Below, piece after piece: positions 1 through 11,222 of a DNA stretch of 64,000 nt. Under the pieces are notes generated by a model. The model worked only from the letters and a program-made list of their open reading frames with translations. It had not been told where the DNA came from and did no database searches. Positions within the stretch are counted from its first letter, which is position 1, and each line of letters begins with the position of its first letter. The position numbers and the translations under genes were made by a program. Source of the stretch: Klebsormidium nitens (lineage: Eukaryota; Plantae; Klebsormidiophyceae); the NCBI GenBank assembly GCA_000708835.1, contig DF237021.1:1-64000 (forward strand), given 5' to 3'.

Positions 1-710
1 CTGCTTTCAGCCCATCGCAGAACTTGGCCGAAAGCGCAGAACCTGGGCCGTTCGATGAATTTTATCCTAGCATCCGAGGGTCCAAGTTTTGCACATCGGG
101 CAAAGTTCTGCGATCGGATCGGCTCAAATCGGACTAGGTTCGGTCAAACCTGGCCGCCTGACCCGACTCTGCTTTCAGCCCAGTGATCGTGGCGAAAATA
201 AATCCTCAAATACACTAAATAGGACCTCCCAGACACTATTAATTGGCGAAAATGACACTAATGGCGAAAATCCCAGTGGCGGTTGTGGCCGGTAGGGTAT
301 CCCGGCCCCAGAATTTGCTCTACCGACCTGATTTTCTTCGTTTTCTCAGAAGAGTTATTTGACAAAGTACAAGCAGGGGTAAAACACGGGGTTCGGAGCA
401 GGGTTAAGATTCTTCAAAGCCGGTGGGAACACTCGAGCATGTAAAAACTGGCTGACGGCCTGACCATTTTCGCCAGGCCGGCGAAATCCCCTTCCCAGAC
501 ACTAAATGGCGAAAATCTGGCGAAATTCAAATTGGCGAAAATAATTAGTTTCGCCACGAACATTGTTTCGCAGAACTTGGCCGAAAGCGCAGAACCTGGG
601 CCGTTCGATGAATTTCGTCCTAGCATCCGAGGGTCCAAGTTTTGCACATCGGGCAAAGTTCTGCGATCGGCTCAAATCGGACTCGGGTCAAGCGGGCCAG
701 GTTTGACCGG
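1..710. repeat. Transposon-end-like repeat module (direct and inverted repeats plus clustered GGCGAAA motifs); may continue left of the window
   Basis: A ~120-bp block (CGCAGAACTTGGCCGAAAGCGC...GGCTCAAATCGGACT) occurs at ~16-135 and again at ~570-683. A 15-bp inverted pair CGGTCAAACCTGGCC (141-155) / GGCCAGGTTTGACCG (695-709) is present. About eight GGCGAAA/TTTCGCC motifs lie between 190 and 556. Confidence 0.55.
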
Positions 711-2350
711 ATGTGCAATAATTGAGTACATGGGGTTGAGGCCGTGTCTATCCAACAAGCTCAGCGCATTGCAGAGAGGCGCCAACAATTCAGCTTCCAC
801 TTCAAGCAGGCGGCGTTCTCAGAGTCATGGAAGAAGAACCAGTGAGAACTTCTCGTTATTTGGCACATAAGACATTTCTTTGGCTGCCTGTTGGAATGGC
901 AGCGGCATGAGGTGCACTCAAAGTATTGTTGATTGGTTCCATTTGTAATAAGTATCACAGAAGCTGCCCCAAGATGATCCTGTCGCGTCCTGACTGCGCA
1001 GCACCAGTCTTTGCGAACCGGCAAGCTCTGGGATCCCACCGCAGCAGCAAATGCCCCGGTAAGCTCACTCGTCGATGCTCAACCCAACCTAAGCGCAAGG
1101 CGTCCACGCAGCAAGAGCTCGATGAAAATCCAGCTTCTAGTGTCAACATGGACAATGTTGCGGACAAGCGTGCTAGAGTTGATCTGCCAAGAGTAGAGCC
1201 GCTATCCAGGGAATGCAGTTGATCTAGCAAGCCAGCCCCCAGGGGACAATGCTGCAAATGACTTTCTGTAATGATGCAGAGGTGATGTTGCCAATGACAA
1301 TGCTGCCAACAATATGCACAAGAGCTTTGCTGCCTTCGATACTTTCTTGCCTGCTGATGAGGAGCCAGAGCGCGCTCGACTTTGAGACCTCCCGGCTGAG
1401 TTCAAGAATACCCTGAAGCTGCTAGAGATCGACTCTGTCATTTGGTCTGCGCGGCCTTGACGTATTCGCTGTTTTGGCGCTCCGGTTTGCTTAGGCATTT
1501 GCCTCATGCTCATCCCGTTTTTGTCTCCTTCAAGAGCTGTAAAAGGTACAGAGCAAGTCCAGTCATCGTACTTTCAGCACAAGATGTTGTGCGCTTGTCC
1601 GAATGTAGCTTTGTTTTGTGCATGCGATCCGGACTGGTACAAACTCCCTATCCGCTGGCAAGCTCAACCTCAGGCTTGGTTGGAGCAGGTTGCGTCGCCT
1701 CAAGATCCCAACGAGCATCCGCAAATCCCTTTCAAGTACGCATCACAGTTGTTAGCCGATCAAGCGAACAAGGTGCGGAGGTTGGCGTTGGTCCTAAAAA
1801 AGCAACTGGCAAAGGACTACGATAACATCAAGAAGGTCGTGGTAAGTGTGGCTGAAAGCTGTTCGGATTCTTAGTGTAAGATTGCTTCTACCGGCTGAGC
1901 GTTAGATGCCACATTTGCAAAGAGTTACTTGATTTGTCCGCTAGTAATGTGCGGCCCTCGAGTTACTTCCTGCCAGGGCCTGCATTGTGCTTTCAAGTTT
2001 CTGTGTATTCGATATGTAAGTCAAATCCCGGAAATAATCTGCTCAATCTGTTTCTCCTTTCGAAGGCGCCACATTTGCCAGAAGACGTTGCGTTTTGATT
2101 GTGCCTGCACGTCACTGTGAACTTTCTTCCTCGGTAGAGTAGAGTTCTGGCTCGTACTGTTAGAGACTTGACCCGCTAGACTCTGGCATTTCATTGTAAT
2201 GTTGCTCTGAGGAAAAAAGTGGTTGATTTGCCCATGGAAACCTTTCAAAAGCAAACTTATACATGTCGCACTGCGCAACTCGCTCGCGCTTATAAGTCTC
2301 GCCCTAGATTGACACCTTCCTCAACTTCTCCTTGACAATCTTGTGGTCAG

Positions 2351-2800
2351 GTAACTGTACATACAGCGCTCAGCCTGCCCGTTGGCGACAGCAAGCGCTT
2401 CGGCAACCGGCCGATGTACGCACGCGCAACAAAGGACTTCCACAAGCGCCCGTGGTTCAGCAACGTGGCCGTGCAAGGCGAGGACCCGGGTCAGCCGCCG
2501 GTCGACCTGTACGCCCGCGTGCGGATGTTCCTCAGCTTCTGGGCTGTGAACCCGGAGACGAGGGCCCGGACGCGCCGCGAGGTGGCGCTCATGCGCTACT
2601 ACAAGGAGTTGGGCAGCCGTGACGTCACCAACTAAGTGCAAGCAGCTGTGCTGTGCTGCGGGGGGACAGGCCCGAGTGCGAGCTCAAGCTGGTCGACACC
2701 GCCAACATCCTCCGGGTGGTGCACATCGTCCCCAAGTTCAACATGAAGGGCATCCACTACCTGAACCGGTTCCTCTTCCACTACCGGGCCACTACTCGTA
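2351..2800 (+). mobile_element. Degenerate Plavaka/CACTA-like transposase, C-terminal exon
   Basis: After CAG at 2348-2350 the frame reads ...YARATKDFHKRPWFSNVAV...LYARVRMFLSF...EVALMRYYKEL..TN* (TAA 2633-2635). After a frameshift it reads ...LKLVDTANILRVVHIVPKF...HYLNRFLF. From memory this matches the RA..F..RPW..V / Y.R.R.F / LA.V.WY / I.R.VH..P pattern of Plavaka-type transposase C-termini. Not searched. Confidence 0.5.
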
Positions 2801-3773
2801 GGGCGATCCTTCAGGTTAGTTGGAGGCCCGTTGCTTTCGAAATCTCTGTTGCTTAGTATCCGGATATGTGGGAGTCGGTCAAGATCAAAATTCCCGTTTT
2901 CTGCTGATCTTGGCCTTTCCCTTTTCAACGTCGAAGATAATCAGGGCGGCGGCGGCGGCGGCGACATCAGCTGAATATAGTGAAGCCAACTTGAGAAGGG
3001 ATCCGACAGCACACCCATGCAAAGGTTTCAACTTTTTAGGACACGAAAACGTTGAGCTTCGCACAATGCCGTCACCTTCAGGGGCCTCTCCTTGGCATTC
3101 GATTCGTTACCACTACTGGGCTTAGATTCGCGCCCATGGTCTCAAATATGAAATTGTCATTGAAGACTGACTTGGTGCGGTTGTCGAACGTGTGCGACTT
3201 TGCTGAAGTCATCATTCCTCCTCCTCCGTCAGATCTGGACGTTACCGGATGCAGCGCACGCGGACGGTCCTGGGTGCTGACGTCAGATTGACGAGATCTG
3301 AGGCCGCGGCCGTCTGCATGCTAGGTAATGACTCGGTAAGGCAGCCACTCCCAAACGTGATCGACTAACTTCCTTTTCTTCCAGTTTTGGGGCTTGTCAA
3401 TGTGTCTGACCCATCTTGCAGTGGTCATGAGTTACCTGGCGTGTCATAGCCAGAAGTCAATCCCTGGGTCTTAAAAGCGCTTATTAGATGGTGCATTAAA
3501 GCCTCTTCTTTAATGACCTGGACTTCTCATCTTGGTTGTCTCCAATCGTTAGCTTGCTCCAACCGAGTTCAAACCGAGTCGCTCTACGTCTCCAGACTGC
3601 TGACGTCACGCTTTCATAGTTTGTTTGGACGAAGGACGTCAACTTGGATCTGTGCACGGGGGTCAAGTTCACCAATGGAAGCCCTCTCTCTGACCGAAAG
3701 GGTGGGATGACATGATCGATATGCTCACGTTCTGCTTCTCTGCTCTGAATCGGAGCTGATAAGGTTCGTTTTG

Positions 3774-5607
3774 CAGCGTGTTGCACGACGCAAGAGAGGG
3801 CTTCGTGAGGGACGCTTCTACGTCGTGGGTCAAGGCCGAGCCGCTCATCAGCACGGTCGTTCCAGCAGTAGCACGAATGCATGTAAGGCGGTTCCGTTCG
3901 ACGTTGTCCTTCTTGTCTTACTTCTGAACCTGATTCGCACGCTCCTTAGGTCTGCCTCTGTTTCTCGACAACCTTCCTGTCTGTTCAGGGCTGCGTTTTC
4001 ATCGGACCAATTGCGTTGTGGTTTCACAATGCTCTGGATCATGCTTGAATCCCTGAGGAAAAAACGAGCTTAGAGTGCGGACGCGCTGCAGGCAACGCTC
4101 GCGGAGCTCGAGTGTGTGCTCAAGGTGCTGAGCGACGAGCTGCAGTTGGTGCGGGACACGTGGCAGACCAGGGACATGAGCGACGCGGCAGCAGAGAAAG
4201 AGCGCGTAGAGCTGCGGCGCACGCTGCGACACCAGAAAGCGCAGGTGACAAATTATTGCAGGACGTAACGTCCGCGATTTCCGGTTCTCATTGAAAGCTT
4301 GTCGAACGTCCCTCTATAGGGTAAATAGCCTGATCAAGATGCATCCATTGAAAGAAGGCCCTCAGGACAAGCTGCCGCAATCCTCTGGAATCGTGGGTTT
4401 CTTGTTTGATGTGGTCTGATGGCCGTTGTTGAGTCGGTACTCAGCCTCTTGTGCCAAGTTTTAAGACTGTGCGCGCGATTAGATCCTGGACAAATTGGTC
4501 GCGAGGTCAATTTATCAACATTCAGAAGGACAACTCGCCAAAAAACGGCTCCGACCATGTTTGAGACCGTTTGTCATCCAATCTGTATCCTCAGCCGCTG
4601 TGGGCGGAACAGCGGACGTACGGTGACTGGGAGGCGCTTGCGAGTGACGACCTCTCTAAGCTGGTACCGAGTGTGGGACCGCATCTGGCCGTGTGCTCCA
4701 ACGAGTGGAATGCTCGTAAGTCACCATCTCGATCCGTGAGAGGTATTTATCGTGCACCTCTGTGATTGGTTTTGGTCTTATCGCTGGCTGCTTACGAGTC
4801 TGCTCTTATTTGCTCTGTCGTACCCGTGTCCTTGGGTCCTTGAGAGCGCTGACTATGTATGCAATGGAATTTGTTCCTTTGTAAAACTCTTGAAGCGGAC
4901 ACCTGGATTGTCTTTTTTTGATTCGCTGTTGTAACTCAATCCCGCTGAAAATTCGAGTCGTTGGTTACTTCCAGACTGGTGATGTCACTCTTGGCGCCTT
5001 CCCTGAGGCGAGCATGACGTTAAGGATCTGTGCACTGAGATCAAACTACCATTCAAACTTCGTCTTTTGACCGATACTGTAGACAGAAGGATTGACTGAC
5101 AAGCCCCCATTCTGCTGCCTCAGTGCAAAATAAACCTTATGATACTGTCTTTGCAGTCGGTCAGAGTTGGTTTGCGTCTTCCTGGCAATCGCACGGTTGC
5201 TTCCACGTCGGGTCAGGGTCGCGCCGCTCGTCAACATTGCTGGGACGGCCGTGACACCGATGCACGTGAGGCAGTCTCGTCTGGGGGAGTTATTCTAATT
5301 GTTTCTGGCCCATGCGCTTATCTAATCGACTCGATTTCCGAGTAGCCTTCTGTTGATCTCATGTTGTGTGCTGGAAGGCTGTGTCTTGCAACATCGATTT
5401 TAGTCCGTAATTTCGACGGGTTGAAACCCTCACGACTGTCTGCATACAAAAACCACTGATCCGCGGAGCACTTATAACTGCCTCTTAACTCCTGCTCAGG
5501 ATTCCGGTTCGAGAGGCTGGACTACCTGGTGTTGGACGCCATCAACGAGCGTTCGAAATTGCAGCTGTTCATCCCGGTAGCTGCATCGTTCGGCAGGGCG
5601 GCCCAGG
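3774..5607 (+). CDS. Putative multi-exon gene of unknown function with a coiled-coil-like exon; extent uncertain
   Basis: GC-rich AG/GT-bounded blocks: 4074-4244 (SADALQATLAELECVLKVLSDELQLVRDTWQTRDMSDAAAEKERVELRRTLRHQKAQ) joins in phase 0 to 4595-4715 (PLWAEQRTYGDWEALASDDLSKLVPSVGPHLAVCSNEWNA). Further candidate exons lie at ~3777-3868, ~5157-5272 and ~5500-5607. No family recognised. Confidence 0.4.
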
Positions 5608-8600
5608 TACGATTCACCATTGGCCCTGATTTGACCTGACGTCAGCAAAGAGGGGAAGAAGTTGTGTTTGATGTTGTTCGCAACCTCACTTTTGCTCTTG
5701 ATTCTCTGTCCTGCCTAATTTTTCAGTCTTCAAAAGGGGTATTTATTGCATGGCCGGCTGATTGCAGACCCGAAAGACCCTAACGGTTCCCCCATTGTTG
5801 GTCCCATCTCATTGCTAGACATACTCGTAGTGAAATGGACGCAACGATAGCACCGTAGAAACAAGTAGAATCGTCGAAGTTTTTTGATGTCGGAGAATGC
5901 TGTGCAGGGCGCTAAGCATATTGAGATTGTGACTCGTATGATTGACGCTTGATCGTTTTGAGTGGGAGCTGGTCTTTTTTGCGGTTTCTCCAGCTTCGTC
6001 TGCAATTGCGCTCTACAGTATTGCGGCGTTCGTCGAAATGTGTTCCACGGGCACGTCCCTTAAAGGCGTAGTTTGCGCTAGCTCTGATCTAGTCGCCCTT
6101 TCAAGTAGCTCGACTGATGCCACGTGTCGCTCTTGTTGTGGCTCAGCGTTCCACATGCTGTTCATTACTCGGGGCACGCTCTCGAGCATTGAGTCCAAGC
6201 GTTGCCAGTCCAACACGCTGGTCAATTCCGTCACGCTGCCACCAGGAGATTTCGTTTGACCTGGTGTCTGAACCCCAGGTAGGCGCCGCTCGTTTGCTGA
6301 CATCACTTTCTGGTTCCATGAGTCCGTCCGAGCCTGGCTGTTTGCTTCTTACAATGGTCATAACATCTGTTCAGAGCCAAGAGGCTTCGTTACTCTGTTC
6401 AACTTGGGCTATGGCACGCCCACGCTGGCTAGGGCTCGATCAATTCGTTCAGCTTTTCTTCTAGGTTGCTGGGTAGTCTTGCGAAAATCGCGTTTGAAGT
6501 GAGAAAGAGTCGAGTTCGACAAGCCTAATCCATCCTATACAAATCTTGTCGAACGAGAAAGCGCATCACCAAACAACTCGCTTCGATTCGGCTTTGCAAG
6601 AGATCTGAAGTCCTTTTTGAAACTGCCAATTTGCCCTCAATCTGCATTCGCCTCGACAGAATCAATCCGAACACTTTCCTTGATGAGAGTGTTTGGTGAT
6701 TCGACTTGCTCAACGTCCTCGCGCTGATGAAGTCGTTCGCTGACAGCCCTTACTTGTCTCGCAGGTCACGTGTTGAAGCTCGGCCGCACTGCCGCCCGAC
6801 CGTGTTGCTGTCAACTTGCCGTTGATCACTCCCACTCCCGATGAATCAGTCTTAGTTGCCAAGTTTTTCATGGCTCTTGACCGTACCGTCTCAAATACGA
6901 ACGTTGTACGTTGTATTACAATTGCTTGTTGCTATCTATGGAGTTCTTGAGAAGATTCCGCATGATGCAAGCATGGTTGATTGTGAATTGGGCACGTACA
7001 TGGATAATCAAGCACTATGTGGTCATAATATTATTTCTGTGCACCTGGCACATCCGTATGGAATCCAAACGGTCTCCATGCGACGCCCATGATGGATTCC
7101 ACATGGCAATCGTTGTCACTTTCATACGGAATCCAGCGCGTCTTTTCATATGGATCTTGCATCGGCCCCACTTACAACCGGGTCCCGTATCGAGTCCAAG
7201 GTTCGGAACCCATATGAATTAAACCTGCACACATTCGGACTCCATACGGCAACCACGTGGGCGCCACGCGTGGACCGGTACATTGGACTCCATACGGGAG
7301 TCTCACTGAGTCGCACATGGATCTCCCTTGGAACCCACACAGGGCCCAAGGGGGGGCAGGTTTGTGATGCCGTGCTGACCCGGAAAGACTCACTAAATAA
7401 AATGCATGACTTTCACAAAGTCCACAAAAGCTGGCATATTGTAAGATTTTGGTTGGATGTCAAACAACAACCATGCATATTGTCGGGTTTGCATCATTGG
7501 ACACGTAACCATGTCAGATTGAGCACAAGTGCAGAAAGAAGGTGCATTAATTAATGTTGAACGATGTGGCCAGATTGAACTGCATTCTTTGATGAAGGGC
7601 ATTATCGGCCAAAACCATAACCAAACAATAACCTTCCACTACAACCACTGACAGTCTGGCCACTAACAGTTTACGCACTTAACACGCCCCATGCCTCTTC
7701 TGAGCACAGGCCCCCGTAAGAAGATGTACACTCCAGCTTCGTACTCACAACTAGAACAGAGCAGACGTTAGATTTACTAGTAGGGGAGACTAGACCACAC
7801 CAAAGGGCTCCACATTACCCTGATCAGGTCAAAACCACGCTTTAATGGTAAAACAGCCCTACTTAGAGACTAGGATTGACCACAACCAAATCACCACTAG
7901 GAGGTCGACTACCCAGATCAGTGGTCCATAAGTATCCAGCGGATTATCCCATAAAGGTTGCTCCTCTGATTGCGCTTTCGTGTAGCTGTTTGTCGAGAGG
8001 CGTACTGCCTTCCCAGGCGCCTGAGCAAGGGACAATGCCAGGATACTGTTCAAAGTATGCTCGACAATACCGCTAGCAGTGGACTTTCAGTTGTCTTTCT
8101 TGTTGGATACTTAATCCTCAGCAGATAGCGAGTCAAGAGGGAAGAGAGCGGAGTACGTTGTGACCATTGCGATAGCGAGACCCATCTCAGGCAGGCTCTC
8201 AAAGTAAAAGGTGCAAAAAAGCTCTTTAACTTTTCAAACAGGTCTTGAAACAACTTTCGCAAAACATTTTGAACACGCGAATGTTCTGACTTACTTTAAG
8301 AGGGCTCCTTGGAGTTTTTGCTTGCATCTTGTGCTTCAACCTTGTTTTGAAAGGTTTTGACGCTGTCGCGGCCAGATAAGGGATGCTTTTCTGCGAGCAA
8401 TGAGGTAAAGCCCGATTGGTTGCCCAGACGCACACTGTAACAGCTTTGGCTGCTGGCAGCAATGCTTGATAAAGAGCATTTTCCAAGCGCCTGCATCCGA
8501 ATTGTTGTGTTATAGGGAGTTTTTGAAGGTCCATATCTCTTTTCCGTCAGTTGAAATTTTGCAATTTCAACCCTGATTCAGATTTGAGCAGACTCTATCT

Positions 8601-9674
8601 GCTAAAATTCACCCCCAATTAAGACACCGGATTACTGCACCATCTTGCAGCCAGGGCTGAAACTTATTTTTGCTGACACTGATCTTTTAATAAGGACTGT
8701 ACTGTTTACATGTGCTGCACCTATTATAGTCCCCAGTCCATGCATGCCTGACTTTCAGATGTAAGTGATCAATCATTGCAGCAAAGGGTTTCTCTACCAA
8801 ACTCATCAGCGTTCTCAGAAGCGCTGCCACTACAGCAGCTACACCCATCAATTTTGCAGCAAATGCGCCCCATAAAGAAAACCAAACTCCTCCCTTACGC
8901 GTCGGACGCAAGGCACCTTCTGCACCCCAGGTGAACCCTCCTTTCGCTCAAACGCTACCCCAGCAACGACAGGCAGCGGCTTCACCTTCGCTGCAAGAGA
9001 CATGCTTCTTATCGCTTGTGTCGCTGAAGTTGCTGCTAATATTAGGACTAGAAAAGTGCACCACCTTTGGTGCACCAGTGGACCCAGGAGCCACAAGGAA
9101 ACACTAGAATTCAAAAGCTGTGGCTTGCAAGGTAGATTGATCTACAAGCTCGTGCAACAGAGGAGGACTTGCACATCTTGCATGAAGCAGGTACTCAGCC
9201 GCAGCGCGCACGCCTGTGTCATTTGTGAAGCTCAAGCTGTGCTCAAATATTGAAACTTTAAAATACTTTAAAACTATTTAAAAGCTCCTCAGGCTCAAGG
9301 GTGAAGCCTGCGGGCAAGTGCCGAAGGTCACCATGTTCGGCGGCAGTTTGCGAGTTGCGTGTCATTAGCCGGGATATGTCACGAACCTTTGACAGCAAAT
9401 CGCAGCGACCATAGACAGCTGATAGAGCCACAGTGGTCGCTGCCATTCTTATTGCGTGACAGGGTGACTCTGACACTAGTACGTCGGTGAGTGCACGATG
9501 AAGCAGGGGAAAATCGGAAAAGGCGCTTGGCGCTGGCAGTACTACTAACTAGTAGTAGTGCCACCACCTCAGATTCTCACGAGGGATCTCGAGTCTCGAC
9601 AGCTCTTTTCAGCGGCAGGCTGTCAGCCTCGGATTCAATAGCTGCTTGTACCCTATGGCTTGAGTGTTCGAGAT

Positions 9675-10229
9675 CAGTGTTTCCCCTAACTTTTTCAATT
9701 GGCGGCCCCAGGGCCCCCTGGGCCCGCTCTTCGGGGGCCCGGTGGGCCCCCTCAGCCTTTCCAACGGGGGCCCAAGGGCCCCCTCGCACCCCTGATCGGA
9801 GGCCCGAAATCGATCCACCTGAAACTGCCCCCCATAAAAGCCCCAGGGGAAATAGACAATATTTCACCGTAACCAGGGGGCTCAAAGCCCATCTCGCTTC
9901 CCAGTTCCCACGCAGCACCCCCCCGAGTTGGTGATTTGAAGCAATATATGTTCATATATCTGCTCTTTTTACAACAAGGAATGAAGGAATGCCGTATAAT
10001 GTGTATAATTTTGTACATATGATTAGATAAATTTGCAAACTTGGGCCCCCTCACATTGAAGTATGGGGGCCAACGGGCCCCTCAACGAACCCCTTTGGGG
10101 GCCCGACGGGCCCCCTGGTCTCGGGCATTCAATGGGGGCCCGTTGGGCCCCCAAGCCCCTCCTATTGGGGGACGATATTGGCCATTACGGGCGATAATGG
10201 CTGGTGGCGGGCCCCCAGTGGAAACACTG
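9675..10229. mobile_element. hAT-type non-autonomous element (MITE), 555 bp
   Basis: Perfect 10-bp TIR CAGTGTTTCC (9675-9684) / GGAAACACTG (10220-10229). Perfect 8-bp TSD TTCGAGAT (9667-9674 and 10230-10237). GGGCCC-rich subterminal repeats surround an AT-rich core. Confidence 0.9.
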
Positions 10230-10555
10230 TTCGAGATGTTGCTTCGTGAGGGAATGAATGTCTGATCAGATGTCACCTAAAACAGCAAGACATCTAGACA
10301 TGAGCTTCGTTTCGCTGGATTCAAGTGAGATTCGGGAAAAAGAGGCAAAAGGAAATGGAAGGGGGAATGGGGGAAGAAACTGAAGAAGCCAGACAGTGCC
10401 GCTGCTTCTGTCATTCTGTGGTTCTTCGCCCTTCATGTAGTGGGCCTACTCATTTTCACCAATGGGTTCCTCCTCACCAGAGTTGAGCGTAGGATGTACA
10501 GCGGCTGTGAAAACTTTCCCACTCATCACCACTCCAATAGTCCAAGAGTCCAATC

Positions 10556-11222
10556 TGTAACGGTTCGGAGGTCCGAGTGCTCTACCGTCGAGCTACGACC
10601 CAAAAAGTTGATACACTTTNNNNNNNNNNNNNNNNNNNNNNNNNNNNNNNNNNNNNNNNNNNNNNNNNNNNNNNNNNNNNNNNNNNNNNNNNNNNNNNNN
10701 NNNNNNNNNNNNNNNNNNNNNNNNNNNNNNNNNNNNNNNNNNNNNNNNNNNNNNNNNNNNNNNNNNNNNNNNNNNNNNNNNNNNNNNNNNNNNNNNNNNN
10801 NNNNNNNNNNNNNNNNNNNNNNNNNNNNNNNNNNNNNNNNNNNNNNNNNNNNNNNNNNNNNNNNNNNNNNNNNNNNNNNNNNNNNNNNNNNNNNNNNNNN
10901 NNNNNNNNNNNNNNNNNNNNNNNNNNNNNNNNNNNNNNNNNNNNNNNNNNNNNNNNNNNNNNNNNNNNNNNNNNTTCGGAGGTCCGAGTGCTCTACCGTC
11001 GAGCTACGACCCAAAAAGTTGATACACTTTGGGTCGAGCCTAGGTATATATGGAGTACTTCAACTCAGCACTTTGACTCGGACCGGCCGTATTCACGCGG
11101 CACTCCGGCTAGGCCTCGGAATCCACCGAGTACTTCGCCCAGCCTGGGGTATAGTACCGCATGTAACGCTTGAGCTAGGCCCCAGAGTCCACTGAGTACT
11201 TCGCCTAGGCCCAATTGTTACA
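10556..11222. mobile_element. Solo LTR (contains an N gap)
   Basis: Termini TGTAAC (10556) and GTTACA (11222), with a 5-bp TSD CAATC at 10551-10555 and 11223-11227. Removing it restores the PIG-O reading frame (...PRVQS/AHL). Confidence 0.8.
10620..10974. other. Assembly gap (355 N)
   Basis: N run. The 56 bp to its left (10564-10619) is repeated identically to its right (10975-11030). Confidence 0.99.

Noticed and set aside
7040-7360. Cluster of CCATAYGG-like motifs suggesting a transposon end
   Set aside because: No matching TIR or TSD could be found.
7600-9480. Degenerate LINE on the minus strand (CKMCKSSSVARAC knuckle-like, WTGDYN endonuclease-like)
   Set aside because: The motifs are partial, interrupted by stops, and no RT core (YADD) was seen. 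It needs a translated HMM search.
10440-11195. Long ORFs spanning N runs (also 60773-61648)
   Set aside because: Artefacts of translating assembly gaps.
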